Assembly: GCA_002811645.1 (NCBI GenBank)
Contig: PDIP01000043.1
Span: 18,437-82,436 of the forward strand
Direction: 5' to 3'
Source of the DNA: Corallochytrium limacisporum Hawaii
Lineage: Eukaryota > Protista > Pluriformea
Length of the DNA stretch: 64,000 nucleotides
In this document: one piece after another, positions 33,650 to 45,545 of the stretch
Layout: each line of letters starts with the position of its first letter
Numbering within the stretch: position 1 is the stretch's first letter
Notes under the pieces: model-generated
Database searches by the model: none
Seen by the model: only the letters and a program-made list of their open reading frames with translations
What the model was told of the DNA's origin: nothing
Made by a program: the position numbers and the translations under genes

Positions 33650-33971
33650 NNNNNNNNNNNNNNNNNNNNNNNNNNNNNNNNNNNNNNNNNNNNNNNNNNN
33701 NNNNNNNNNNNNNNNNNNNNNNNNNNNNNNNNNNNNNNNNNNNNNNNNNNNNNNNNNNNNNNNNNNNNNNNNNNNNNNNNNNNNNNNNNNNNNNNNNNNN
33801 NNNNNNNNNNNNNNNNNNNNNNNNNNNNNNNNNNNNNNNNNNNNNNNNNNNNNNNNNNNNNNNNNNNNNNNNNNNNNNNNNNNNNNNNNNNNNNNNNNNN
33901 NNNNNNNNNNNNNNNNNNNNNNNNNNNNNNNNNNNNNNNNNNNNNNNNNNNNNNNNNNNNNNNNNNNNNNN
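33650..33971. other. Assembly gap (322 N)
   Basis: N run flanked by C8 on the left and G5 on the right. Confidence 0.99.
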
Positions 33972-34709
33972 GGGGGTGTACGTTTGCCGTTGGTATATAT
34001 GAAAGTGGGCAAACGCCGGGTGCAGAATAAGCTGATGAGGAAGGAAATGGACAGGAGCGCGAGAGGAAGTACCCAATGCATGCGGTGGGCAGAGCGAAAA
34101 CAAGTCTAGGAAAAGGCGGCGGGGAAACAGGAGAGACACGGTGGGCACGGAATCTGCTGATGTATATAAGCTCGTGAATATTGGGACGTAGACCGCTTCG
34201 TGGGTAACGGTGTTCAAGCACTAGACTGTTACAAAGTCCAAGTGTCTGTTTCTGCGCAGTTTCTCCTTAATTCCCTGGAGTTCCCCGGGGCCGATCCATA
34301 GATCCCGTCTGATCTCATTTCTCATCTCTTCTACTGTTATGCAACGGTGTTAGGGGTCGGTGACGCGATCGGACAGGTATGCTTTGTCACCCGATGTAGA
34401 GGCCCCCCCCGTGGGGTTCGAGGGTGGGGGTGCGTGTTCCGTCTGGTCAGCTGGTGGTACCTTTCTGCAGGTTTGAAACCTGTGCTGACCGGCAGTATCA
34501 GATGTTGTTTGCATCCTACTGGGACACTCATTCGTTCTTGTTATTTCCTACTAGTGTGTCTTGTTGCTGTGGAAAACCAGGGCCACCTAAGGCGGCCTCC
34601 GCGGATCGTAGCGGTATTTTTTACAGTTGGCAAGCACAACAGAATCGTAAAAGAATGCGTTTGTTCGCTGTCTTGCCGGGTCAACGTTAGGCACTGGGAA
34701 AGATCCACC

Positions 34710-35780
34710 ATGTCGCCTCACACCGATGTTCCACAGACCATGGAGACAAACAAAGGAACGGCCGAAGAGACTGTGAAGGAGGGTAATAAGGTCGTTCGTC
34801 AGCTGTTCAAATCCCAGAACGGCGAGCGAGTACACTGGACGTGCGACAAGGTCAACTATTTCGCTACAGAGGACACCAAACCATTCGACTATAGCAGGTG
34901 CAAATACCTGCACACGAAGCACCCTCGCAATGGCAAGGATGTCAAACTGCGTTATTTCCATCGCCCGGCTACGGAGATAGAACAGTTTCGTTTGATGCTG
35001 ATAAGCGGTGCTGGTCAACCCGTTGAAGGATGGGCCGCCAATGTTCAGCATATGATAGAGAACTTCGGGGACCACGTAAGTTTTGTCGTCACGGAAAACC
35101 CAGGAACAATGGCATCCAGTTATGCGGATACTATGGACTGGACAGTCAATGATTATGCCAAGAACCACCATGATCTAGCGTCGCATTTGGGATGGGATTC
35201 GTACCATTTCGCCGGTACCTCTATGGGTGGTATGATTGGTCTGCGCATTTTGGCAAACCCCGAGTGGCGCTCCCGGGTGATCACGGCGCATCTGGTCAAC
35301 ACGCATGCGGGTGGTGTTCGTGCCTTCCCCCCACTTCAGAGTTTTTTTGGTCTTGGGGGTCTGGTGGTTGGTCAGTTCATGGGCAACCCGAAGAATGCGA
35401 TTTCTTCACTGATGTACTTGCTTTATAGTGACGACCTGCTGGCGAATCCGGAGCGCAAAAGTCGCCAGTTAGAGTCCATGACCAGCGGTGAGCCTCCGGA
35501 GGATTTTAATCCACTGGGTCAAGTTGGACAATACTTTGCTACCTTGCGTTACAGTGTGAGCAACGAGGAACTGCAGGATATCCGTGAAAGTGGCATTCCT
35601 GTCAAGGTCTGCGTCCCGGGTAAAGATCTCCTTGTGCGTCCGTCGAACGGTCCGTACCTGCGCGAAGCGATCAACGCCCACTACGACTTCTACCCTCACG
35701 CGGCTCACGCCAGTCCGGAGGAGTGTCACCGTGAGTTCAACAGCCGTCTGGTAGCTTTCATGGGTCGCTATCAGGCCTGA
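34710..35780 (+). CDS. Alpha/beta-fold hydrolase
   Basis: GTSMGG nucleophile elbow, GKDLLV acid and AAH histidine. Likely start is caccATG at 34710; the upstream ORF extension looks non-coding. Confidence 0.85.
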   Translation: MSPHTDVPQTMETNKGTAEETVKEGNKVVRQLFKSQNGERVHWTCDKVNYFATEDTKPFDYSRCKYLHTKHPRNGKDVKLRYFHRPATEIEQFRLMLISGAGQPVEGWAANVQHMIENFGDHVSFVVTENPGTMASSYADTMDWTVNDYAKNHHDLASHLGWDSYHFAGTSMGGMIGLRILANPEWRSRVITAHLVNTHAGGVRAFPPLQSFFGLGGLVVGQFMGNPKNAISSLMYLLYSDDLLANPERKSRQLESMTSGEPPEDFNPLGQVGQYFATLRYSVSNEELQDIRESGIPVKVCVPGKDLLVRPSNGPYLREAINAHYDFYPHAAHASPEECHREFNSRLVAFMGRYQA

Positions 35781-35914
35781 AGCACCCAACGGATGAAACT
35801 TGATTGATGGCCTTGCCATTTTCCATATCCATCAGCATAGTCATATTCAAACATTTTCTAAGCATACTTTACAAACATATAGTCAATAGATTAGACTTGA
35901 GCATTCCTCATTTC

Positions 35915-36583
35915 CTAGAGCTGAAGCTTTTCAGAGCTCACTACGATACCATCTACATCGACCCAGCAGTAGTCACCTGGCATGAAGCGCACACCACCGA
36001 ATTCGACGGGATAGTCCACTAGTCCTGTCTTGCGCTTGATGCATCGCACTGGTGATGTACCCAGAGCGCGAATACCGAGGGGCATCTCTGCCATCTCCAA
36101 GGTATCGCGAATGCATCCGTAGACAATGAGGCCGGTCCAGCCATTCTTCACCGCCAACTCTCCTAATTTGCCACCGGCAAGGGCGGTGCGGCCGCTGGCA
36201 GCCCCGTCGACGACCAGGATTGAGGGTTCATCAACTTTAGTGCTCACCATCCGACGGACCTCTCCATTGTCTTCATGACACTTGACCGTTCGAATCCTAC
36301 CCTCGAACTCCATCTTTCCTCCATAGAAACGGAAAGGCACAGTGCCGTCGACCGCAAACAGCTTTGGCTGCACGCCGTTCTCGTAATCGTGATCGCCACG
36401 ACCATGGTCGCCAAACTTGTCCCAAAGATCGGCGGTGTACACGGGACGGGAGCTCATGTTTCTGTAGTGCTGTTGTCGTATCAGTCCAGAGCACACTGCA
36501 GGTGAGATGCGATTTACACTTCCTTGGCGCAAGCCCTGCCGGATCAGGTGAGTGGTGCTGTGAAAAGCACGGGAAGTGAACAT
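35915..36583 (-). CDS. RraA-like protein / HMG aldolase with a putative mitochondrial presequence
   Basis: TADL.D, TVKCHEDN, LVVDG, A.KNGW.G..VYGCIRD, ALG..P and PGD....D.DGIVVS motifs; Arg/Ser-rich, acid-free 43-aa N-extension. Confidence 0.9.
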   Translation of the reverse strand: MFTSRAFHSTTHLIRQGLRQGSVNRISPAVCSGLIRQQHYRNMSSRPVYTADLWDKFGDHGRGDHDYENGVQPKLFAVDGTVPFRFYGGKMEFEGRIRTVKCHEDNGEVRRMVSTKVDEPSILVVDGAASGRTALAGGKLGELAVKNGWTGLIVYGCIRDTLEMAEMPLGIRALGTSPVRCIKRKTGLVDYPVEFGGVRFMPGDYCWVDVDGIVVSSEKLQL

Positions 36584-37233
36584 TGTATGGTCTTACCAAC
36601 TATATCGGCTCTTAATCCCGTCTTCGATCTGTACTCGGACTCTTATCATGAAACAAGTACCTTGTGCTCGGACAAAAGTTGCGGGACAGCCCAGCCCCCG
36701 TATCACGACACAACTGTGGACCCATATTCCCCACCTTTCCTCATTCTGCAAAACGAGAGCAAAAAGCCACGACAGACGAGTGCGAGTTCGGTAGTGAACC
36801 TTGGCCGTCACACTTACCTATTTTTTCGTTTGGTCTCTCCGCTTGAAGTAAGCAATTCCGATGAATAGTGGCCCATTTCCCTTCCCTCCCCCCCTCCCTT
36901 CGTTTCTTCCTCCGAGGAGTCCCGTGCTCCACTGATCACACCGGTGAATCCCCCCCCCCCCCCCCCCGGGCGGGCCACCGGCAGCGACGCGAACACCGTC
37001 TCGTGTTACCGTACTGCCGGGCCTGTTTGCCGAATCTCGTGTGTAGGGTGACCAGGCCCATATTAGATTCCGTGGCTTGTGCGGAGCGGGAACAAAAAAA
37101 AAATTCCCTTCTTTCCGAAAACACTGTGCAAATTTTTCTTCGAGTCTAGTCTACAGCGTCGTTTGTCATTAAAAACTAGGGTGTTTGTTGTATTCAACAT
37201 GTTCTTTTTTATACCTAAATTATTCCGAGGCTT

Positions 37234-38514
37234 TCACTCCACGTCCATCGCCGTTATGGAGGCACGGGCCAGTGCAGAGCGAGGTTTGCAGCCTCTCGGG
37301 GCCGCGAACATCGGCTTACCACTGTTGCCGCAGAGGACCTGGGCGTACAGTTCCCTTTCCGCTGCCTTGCGAATGTGCTTGGTGATCGGTCCGTTCAAAC
37401 CGGGGGTGCTCGAGTCCAAGGACCGTTCCTCTGCAACATGCTGCAGTGTGTGCTGCAGCTGTGCATCGCTCATCGCACGGATATCTCCGAGGTCGAGTTT
37501 ACGCCATGGCTTAGACAAGGGCATCACAGGTTCGTCTGAACCCCGTGGGCTACACGACGCTGAGGACGACGCTCCAACTGAACCATCCCCAGAGCTGCGC
37601 TGTCTTAAGTTCCGCGTCAGGCGCACCGGATCCGCGGACCCGCGTGGGCTGCCCCGGGGGCTGCCCAAGGGCGCAGACGAGGCTCCATCTCTAGAGTCAT
37701 GTAGCTTGGGGTGGCGTGCGCCTGATAGCAACGATGACCGCAGGCTGGGCGGACCTCCAAGGCTAGAACGAACCCCTAAACTGGAGTGGCCATCCAAACT
37801 AGACCGGAAGGAGCTGGTGTTCGAGCCGCTGTTGCGCTCGTCTCCGGACAACGGATCTTGCTCGCGAGGCGCGACCCCCTTGCCCTCGGTAATGAATTCA
37901 AACAGTTTCCGTTCGGCTGTGGTCCTTGTCTTCGAAGTAATTGGTGAGATTACGCCAGGAATCCGTGGGTCCAGGTTCTCCGTCTCGGCCAGCGATCGAA
38001 GAATATCCTGCAGTTCTCTGTCGCTCAATTTGATAATGCGAGTCTTGTCTAGTGTCTGCCAGTGTGGAATCATTGACGGATTAAGTTTCATCTGTGATTT
38101 TGTGCCCGAGAATGCTCCTGTGGGCGTGCGTCGAATGCCATTGTTCGGGTCTGTCACGCCAGAGCGGCGCGTGGTTGGCGAATGGGACCCGGTGCGGAAG
38201 AGGGCACCGGGACGATCGCATCCCGAAGAACGCAACATTTCCGGTGACCCAGTGCTACTACGGGTCGTCGTTGGTCGCATCCACAATGGCTTTACCTCGT
38301 GGGTCTCTCTCAATTTCTTGTCTGCAATCGGCTTTGCTCCAATTTCCACAAGCCGCCGAATGATGGCCGGTCTTGTGCTGGCCGTAAAGGCCCCCGGAAT
38401 ACTATGCATTAACATGAGCGAGCGCAGCTCTGCGTCACTCAAATCCTGAAATTTGTTAACCTCATCCTTGGATTGCCTCGTGGGCATTCGTATCCGTTTT
38501 GTTAAACTTGTCAT
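37234..38514 (-). CDS. Protein with three LEM-like helix-extension-helix domains and Ser/Arg/Gly-rich linkers
   Basis: Three copies of LSD.EL...L...PG...(P)IT..TR....R.L; caaccATG start context; no transmembrane segment seen. Confidence 0.65.
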   Translation of the reverse strand: MTSLTKRIRMPTRQSKDEVNKFQDLSDAELRSLMLMHSIPGAFTASTRPAIIRRLVEIGAKPIADKKLRETHEVKPLWMRPTTTRSSTGSPEMLRSSGCDRPGALFRTGSHSPTTRRSGVTDPNNGIRRTPTGAFSGTKSQMKLNPSMIPHWQTLDKTRIIKLSDRELQDILRSLAETENLDPRIPGVISPITSKTRTTAERKLFEFITEGKGVAPREQDPLSGDERNSGSNTSSFRSSLDGHSSLGVRSSLGGPPSLRSSLLSGARHPKLHDSRDGASSAPLGSPRGSPRGSADPVRLTRNLRQRSSGDGSVGASSSASCSPRGSDEPVMPLSKPWRKLDLGDIRAMSDAQLQHTLQHVAEERSLDSSTPGLNGPITKHIRKAAERELYAQVLCGNSGKPMFAAPRGCKPRSALARASITAMDVE

Positions 38515-38570
38515 GGTTGCGTTGTGATATCTATGGTTGGTACTTCTAGCTCTGTTTCTGAGTATGTCTT

Positions 38571-38825
38571 CTAACCTGCTTGCCAGCGCAGAGTTGCTTC
38601 GCCTGTGCCAGAGCTTCGTTTGGCGGCCTCCTTCTCAATCTTCTCCTGCTGCAGCTGTTTACGACGGATCTCGTCCGGATTCTTTACACCCTTGGACGCC
38701 TGCTGATCTGCCCGGCGCTGGGCTGCTTCTGCTCTCTGTTCCCTGCGCGCTGTCAGTTCCTCGGTACTCAAAGCACGTCCAGAATTGTCTTTGTCTTCTC
38801 TACACAGTCCACAACAATTTCCCAT
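38571..38825 (-). CDS. SVIP: Small VCP/p97-interacting protein
   Basis: 84 aa: MGNCCGLC (myristoylation/palmitoylation), VIM-like RREQRAEAAQRR, SKGVKNP, and C-terminal LRWQ.G. Confidence 0.85.
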   Translation of the reverse strand: MGNCCGLCREDKDNSGRALSTEELTARREQRAEAAQRRADQQASKGVKNPDEIRRKQLQQEKIEKEAAKRSSGTGEATLRWQAG

Positions 38826-41800
38826 GGTATGCCAAGACGTTCGTGCAAATCTCTTATAGCATTTGGGACTTCCAAATGCGGTACCCTTGGTTGCTCCTTT
38901 TGAGTCTTGCATCCAGAACCCGTCTCCACAGTGAGGGTATATATCCTTGAATAGCTTCGGATAGATTGTTCCTACGTGATGCTCAACGCGGTCAGATTGA
39001 CCCAGTCCTTTCGCTCTCACACAAACATCGTCACTAATCTACACACAAAAGGACAAACGCGCCTTTTGCATTCGAAAGTTACAACAGAATCCGTTTGCCA
39101 GGTGTCCGTGGGTCCACCACAGTTAATCGCGGTCCCCAAATGTGTCGTCCTGTTGGGTGTCAATGGCTCTCCTAAAACGTGTGTATGTGTGTAGGAAAGG
39201 GCTTTATCTTTTCTCTGCTTCATTCGGTCTCGCCCCCCCTCCCCTTATCGGATATCTCTCTCACCGTCACTGCATCACATCACCGCACCAAGAGTCCGGT
39301 ACCCAATGTATGGTGGTGAGGTATGCCAAAATACACCGTCCATCGGGTTGGGTGTGTGACCCTCCCCCCTTTCTCTTCCCCTTCCCCCTCCCCGGTCCCA
39401 GCAAGAGAAACCCCGAAGAGCACGAGTGGACACATTCACATTGACCAGCTGACACCACACAACACAAGCACAAAGACCAACGATTTAATGAGCCATTGCC
39501 TGACGGTGGGCAAAGACCGACCAAAATTACAACACACCCAGTTGCAAAACTGTCCAGGGCTTTTAGAATCTCGTGCCCAAATCTCCGTGGACAATGAATG
39601 CATCACACTCATACAAGACTGACAACTCCGTGGCTTGATCACCGTGGCGCCTCTCGTTTCCCCTCCCCCCCCCTTTTTCCTTTTGTTCTGCCCCTTCCAG
39701 CCTTCCCTCTCTTCTTCCCCACCGGTCACATGAGCGCGTACGCCAGCCATACAAGAGAAGAAGGCAAAAAGTTCACGCACCATAAAAAAAAATAACTACG
39801 CACACGTACCCCCCCTTCCTCCCTGTCAGGCTACTCGACACGCATGAAAGAATTAATCCCGTACCAACCGTTCCCCCTTCCCCCCCCTCCTCCATCCCTC
39901 TTCTCCTCACCGTCGTTGGCTTCCCTTCCCCACTGGCCCCACCCCCAACACCCATTACACTGTTCTTGAAAAACCTACGGGTTTTCTTTCTGTGGTCCGT
40001 GGGGGAGAGGGTTGTTTTTTTCTATTTGCTTTCTTTTTCTCCATTTTCTCCATTTTTTTCTTTCTTTCTTTCTTTCTTTTTGTACTTGCGTTCTTTCCCC
40101 CCTCCCCTTTCTCCCGCATGGCCGTGACCTCCGAAAAAGGACCCGACCCGACCCGTGCTGATAGAGTGTGTGGTTCCCCAAGTTTTGCTAGGCTCCCATC
40201 GTCCTGGGGTGTTATATGGGGCCCGATAGAGTGCCTTTAGGGTCCCATGTAGTGCCGTGTTATGTGTTGTGCGTGTGTGACCCCCGTACCCCCCCCCCTT
40301 TTTTTTTCTCCTTTTGTCTTTTGGATTGGCTGGGTCTCTTGGCTGCTTGCTGCTGTTGGTGGTGTGCCTCGCCATTCCTCTGTTTGTGTCGATGTGTGTG
40401 ACCTTCCCCAACCAGCCACCAAAAGAAGACACATGATAACCGAAGTCCGCACCGCACCGCAACAACACCGAACCAACCGCATATATTGGGTATACATTTT
40501 TCCGCCTTACTTCCGCCCCGGGGGGGGGGGGTGACACACGCACCACCCGTGCCCTTTTTCTTTCTCCGCTGTTTGATTCAAGTCTACCCGCCACCCCTGT
40601 CGATCCGCCGAAAAGGGACCGAATTGCAAGATCGACCCATCGTTCCATTTTTTCCTCCTTTGTGTCCATGAGCCGCAAAGAATGTGAAAATTTGGGGAGC
40701 ACTGGGTTAAAAAAAATGGGGAGGTGGGATGATAAAACTATCCGCACAAACAGAGGCTCCCTCACACACGAACCATAAGGCCCAGTGGGAATCGCTTCGA
40801 TTACTTCATCCTCATGCCATACACATCCCATACACACCCGTGCACAATGTACAGAGCGATGCTCCCTCTTACCCATTCATATTCAACACAATCATCCAAA
40901 GCTGGTGTCTCGTGTGTGTGTGTGTGCGTGTGGGTATCGTGAAACCAAACCCGAAACTTAAAACAGTCTGGGGCTTGTCCGTCATGACTGTCGTTTTCTC
41001 TTTTCCCGTCGCTGTCTGCTTGTCTGTCTGTCTGTCTGTCTCTCTATGGATATCTGTCGGGTGGGGTTATGTTGTTATTTTGGTCCTCTTTCGTCCGTAT
41101 CCCCTCTTCTTCTCCTCCTCCTCCTCCTCCTTTTCCTTTCGTTTTATTTTACTTCTTCCTCTCGTCCACTCTCTGCTTTTGTCATTGCAAACGTTATTAG
41201 AGCCTTTTCAGCAAAGGTCCTTGCTTGAATCACTCTCTGTTTGCAAGAGGTGTGGTGGCCGCGCGCACCAGAAATGGTCATTACCTCACCCAGAATACTA
41301 AATTGCCCTTACCCAGTTTCACTTGGACCCACGAGAGGCCCGCACTTTTTGCCACATTCGTGACCAAGAGGACGTAACAATTACTACTGTGTAATCTGTT
41401 CACCCTTGCCATGGCCCACGAAATGGCAATGGGGACACGTCTAACGTCGCTTGGGAGGAGTATACGAGCTCCAAGCATTCATATGGCATATGGCTGGAGA
41501 TTATGACCATAGATAGGAGCCAGGTCGTGTGTGTACACTGAGAAGGCCTGATCGGAGGAGAAGGTGTGAGAGTTCACCATGGTACACAACAGGCCCCCTC
41601 TCCTCTTTCGGGCCACACACACAACAACATGCACTGGTCCCCTTTAACCCTGGGCACATTGCTTTCAACGCTGTGGAAGACTTGGGAAGCGATGATGCCG
41701 GGTGGCGCGGGGCGGTGGTCGACTGGGGAATGTCGGAAGTGGGAGAGAGGGACGGCAGAAGGGGGGGGGGTGGCGGTGGAGACAGCCTTCGCCATTGGTC

Positions 41801-43536
41801 GACACGACTCGCGTAGTAATTGAATGGATGAACGCGTGTGTGTCAGAGGGTATTCGAGCATTAAAGAGGGAGGAAATCCCCCCCGGGGGGGGGGGGCGCG
41901 CGCGCGACATAATAGAGAGCTTGATGCCCAAGGCGTTATTACATCGCGCGATCAAAAAAAAGATCCACTGGTGATGACTCATGTCGCTCTCGCAGAGGAG
42001 CAGGGAGCTGCTGCAGGCAGCAGCAAATTAAAAGAAACAACAACCAAAACTTTCCCCAGGCGGAACCAAAAAAAAAAAGAAAACAACAACAAAGAAAGCG
42101 GGGAGGGTGGCAAGGAAGCCCTGCCGAATGCGGGCGAAAGCAGGCGAGCGCAGGCAGAGAGTGGCGGTTTCGATACCGAGAAAATCACAACTGACACAGT
42201 CGTAGTTCAGCTCGCACTTTGACTGTTTCAGTGAAGAAAATTAATCATTCTGTCCTCCCTAGCACATTCCCGTGCCCTGCTTTGGCCTTAACCGACACTG
42301 GTCCCATTAATACCTATAATATTCTTGTAATTTGTCATTGTTTTATTATCATAATTTCACAGCTATTATTCTACGTTGTCCTGAATGGGAGGCTTGGAAA
42401 TGGCCCCAACGATGACGCCGAGAACAAAGAAAAAAAGGAAAAGAGAGAGAGAGAGACGGGAAGAAAAAAATTCTTTCTTAGATCACTCCCCTCCCTCCTT
42501 TTTCTACCGGCCAGCCGTCTCTTCTCTCTGCTACTCAGTCGCGCCGGCGGGGACCTCCCTCCCCTTCCACTCTCCCGCATCCCCTTCCCAAAACTCTACT
42601 GCTGGCTCTCTGTTTTTGTTTGAAAAAGGGGATGAAAAAAATATTAGTGGCACATGGCCTGGGTATTACACTGATCGCAAAAGGGCCCCCCCTTGGAGGA
42701 GGAAGGGAGGGGTTAGGGTGCTTTATAGTACCGAACTACGCATCGAACCTGGGGCACGCGAGCACGGGCGGGCAGTAGCGGTGGGAGACTGGTACGGTGC
42801 GACGTACGCGCGGTGGTAGTGGAGAGAGAGACAGAGAGACAGAGAGACAGAGACAGAGAGAAAAAGAGAGGGTAGGGTTAAATGTTTATGGGCACTTGGC
42901 CTGAGTTCCCTAATACCGAATGAAGCAAGAATCAGGACACCAGGAGTGCGACGAGTGACACAAAACCGGTTGCAGTGTGACACACACACACCCCTTGAAA
43001 CCGTTATGGACAAACAAGCGAAAAGATGACACTGGCCTGGGGCTAGCACTATGCGCCAGGCCGGCGAGAAGGACCGGTTCATAAATAAGGCCCGGGGTAC
43101 ACCAAAAAAGGGATGACCAGGCCAGAGGGGGTTCACACACACACTCACTCACACACAGCATTATCTCTGAATCCGCACTGCCACATACACACACACACAC
43201 GCATGCTGCACTCCGCCCATACACTTACTATATACTAACGGACAGCGAAATGCGGCAGGGAGCCTTTCGGTGCACGGGCCCGTCTGGGAAAGACGGGGAC
43301 CTATTTTATGGCTCGCAGCCCGTTTGCCTTGATGGAGAGTGGTTTCGGGTACCCACCCCCAACCCAACCATGGCCCACATACCCACCATGGCACCAGCAG
43401 TACCCCAACGGCCCCGGTGGGGCTGGACTGGGCTGGTGGGCTTCTAGAACCCGGGAACGGGTGGTCTGCTCTAGCTACGATCGCCGCTTGCTGCGCTTGG
43501 TAACACTTGCCGGGCTTGAGTTGGTGGTAGAGCGAG

Positions 43537-43563
43537 AGAGTGAGTGAGTGAGTGAGTGAGTGA
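43537..43563. repeat. (GAGT)n tetranucleotide microsatellite
   Basis: About 6 tandem GAGT units. Confidence 0.9.
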
Positions 43564-44413
43564 AAAGTGGTTTTGGTGGAAAAGAAAATAGGTCCGTCGG
43601 GCTTATTGTGCCACATAGTGAGAACAGCAGAAGTTTGGGCGGAGGGGAGGGGGGTTGAGAGGGGTAGCAGAGCAAGAGAGAGCAGACGGTCCGGTCAACC
43701 CCCCCCCGGGCGGGGGGGGGTTGGGCTAGGCTGGGTTGGGTTTCGGACTTGACAGACGGACTACTGGACAGTGTGGGTTTGCTTGGTGGTGCTCCAGGGT
43801 CTGGGGGGGTGATGACGGGGCTGGGTGGATTAGGCTACTGAGTGCACCACCATTGCCGCCCATGTAATCACCATGCTCTCCTCCCCGGATTCTTCCATCG
43901 TGCAGACGTCTCTATCTATCTCTCCCTCTCTCACGTCTCGTCGCTGGTGTTCAGTTTTGGTCTTCCCGACCCTTGGGAAGACACCCCCTCCACGGCAATG
44001 GGTACCCGAAACGGGTACTTTGCCTACCACTCTGTGCCACGGTAAGAACGCAAAAGAAAAGGAAACAGTGGTGGTGGTGGTGTAGAACGGTTTTGATTGC
44101 CTTTTTCTGGTCGGTCTGCGGTAGTGTAGGGGTAGGTTCGATTGGAGGAGGACAAAACAGCCCCGCCCGTCTTCCTTTCCCGGATCGTTTGATCTCTCTC
44201 TTCTTTTTCTTGTTTGTTCAACCAAACGCCCACTGGTATTATACTGTACCCCAGTGTTTATTCTATTATCTTACTCTCCGGATGTACATAGGTCAGGATC
44301 CGCGCACTCAAACGTTTCGTTTGATCGTGTATGAAAGACACAACGGCCTCCCTTCCCTTTTCGCCCTTTTCAAAACCCACTCCTGCGCCTGCGCAGTGTG
44401 TGTGTGGGGGGGG

Positions 44414-44934
44414 NNNNNNNNNNNNNNNNNNNNNNNNNNNNNNNNNNNNNNNNNNNNNNNNNNNNNNNNNNNNNNNNNNNNNNNNNNNNNNNNNNNNNNN
44501 NNNNNNNNNNNNNNNNNNNNNNNNNNNNNNNNNNNNNNNNNNNNNNNNNNNNNNNNNNNNNNNNNNNNNNNNNNNNNNNNNNNNNNNNNNNNNNNNNNNN
44601 NNNNNNNNNNNNNNNNNNNNNNNNNNNNNNNNNNNNNNNNNNNNNNNNNNNNNNNNNNNNNNNNNNNNNNNNNNNNNNNNNNNNNNNNNNNNNNNNNNNN
44701 NNNNNNNNNNNNNNNNNNNNNNNNNNNNNNNNNNNNNNNNNNNNNNNNNNNNNNNNNNNNNNNNNNNNNNNNNNNNNNNNNNNNNNNNNNNNNNNNNNNN
44801 NNNNNNNNNNNNNNNNNNNNNNNNNNNNNNNNNNNNNNNNNNNNNNNNNNNNNNNNNNNNNNNNNNNNNNNNNNNNNNNNNNNNNNNNNNNNNNNNNNNN
44901 NNNNNNNNNNNNNNNNNNNNNNNNNNNNNNNNNN
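44414..44934. other. Assembly gap (521 N)
   Basis: N run flanked by G8 on the left and C8G5 on the right. Confidence 0.99.
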
Positions 44935-45545
44935 CCCCCCCCGGGGGCCTCCTTCTCTCTCCCGTGTGTATCAGTCCCCCCTCGCCACCACCTCCCCCTC
45001 CCCCTACGCCCGCATTTTTCTTTTTATTAATCTTTGCTTTGTGTGTGTGTGTGTGCGGGAGAGACCCGCCCCGGAGGGGGGGGGGCCGAAAGAGAGAGAG
45101 TGAGAGAGAGAGGCGAAAAAAAGGCGAAAAAAAAGGAGAGAGATCCGGCGCCCGGGGCGGTCTCCCCGGGCACTGGCGTGGATCCCTCATCGCTCTGCGG
45201 CGGGCCACGGGTCCCGGGTCCGGCAGGGCCGGAGGGTCTCTGCACGGGATGAAACCTGAGTTGATGGTGGGTTCTTCGTAGACGACAGCGTGATGACAAG
45301 TGTCAAGAATGGGCCTTTGATTACGATATTGTGCTGGAGCGATTTACCGACGCTGGTGGCGTATCGAGGTCATCCTTCATTAGGCTATTTCTCACGTCCA
45401 GATGGCCCCTCATCTTCCTCGGTCGGCATTTCCTCTTCACATCTGAGGATAATCCATAGGTGGTCATTCCAGAGAACAGTAGCCTTTTCGTTTGCAGGAT
45501 CCGTACCCACTGTATTTGCTGGAGGTCGATAAAGCGGAAACAGTA

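Noticed and set aside
34347-34709. N-terminal ORF extensions from TTG/GTG-type starts (also 1144, 5160, 39020, 45492, 58836)
   Set aside because: These are eukaryotic genes; homology and ATG context point to the downstream ATGs.
36288-36302. GTTCGAATCC T-loop-like motif
   Set aside because: It lies within the RraA CDS (antisense) and no cloverleaf can be built.
37079-38449. 456-aa plus-strand ORF
   Set aside because: It is antisense to the triple-LEM gene, has a non-ATG start in low-complexity DNA, and the repeated domain pattern is on the minus strand.
39775-43750. Many 60-284 aa ORFs in the long spacer (e.g. 40022-40876)
   Set aside because: They are translations of microsatellites and homopolymer tracts, with no codon bias or family motifs.
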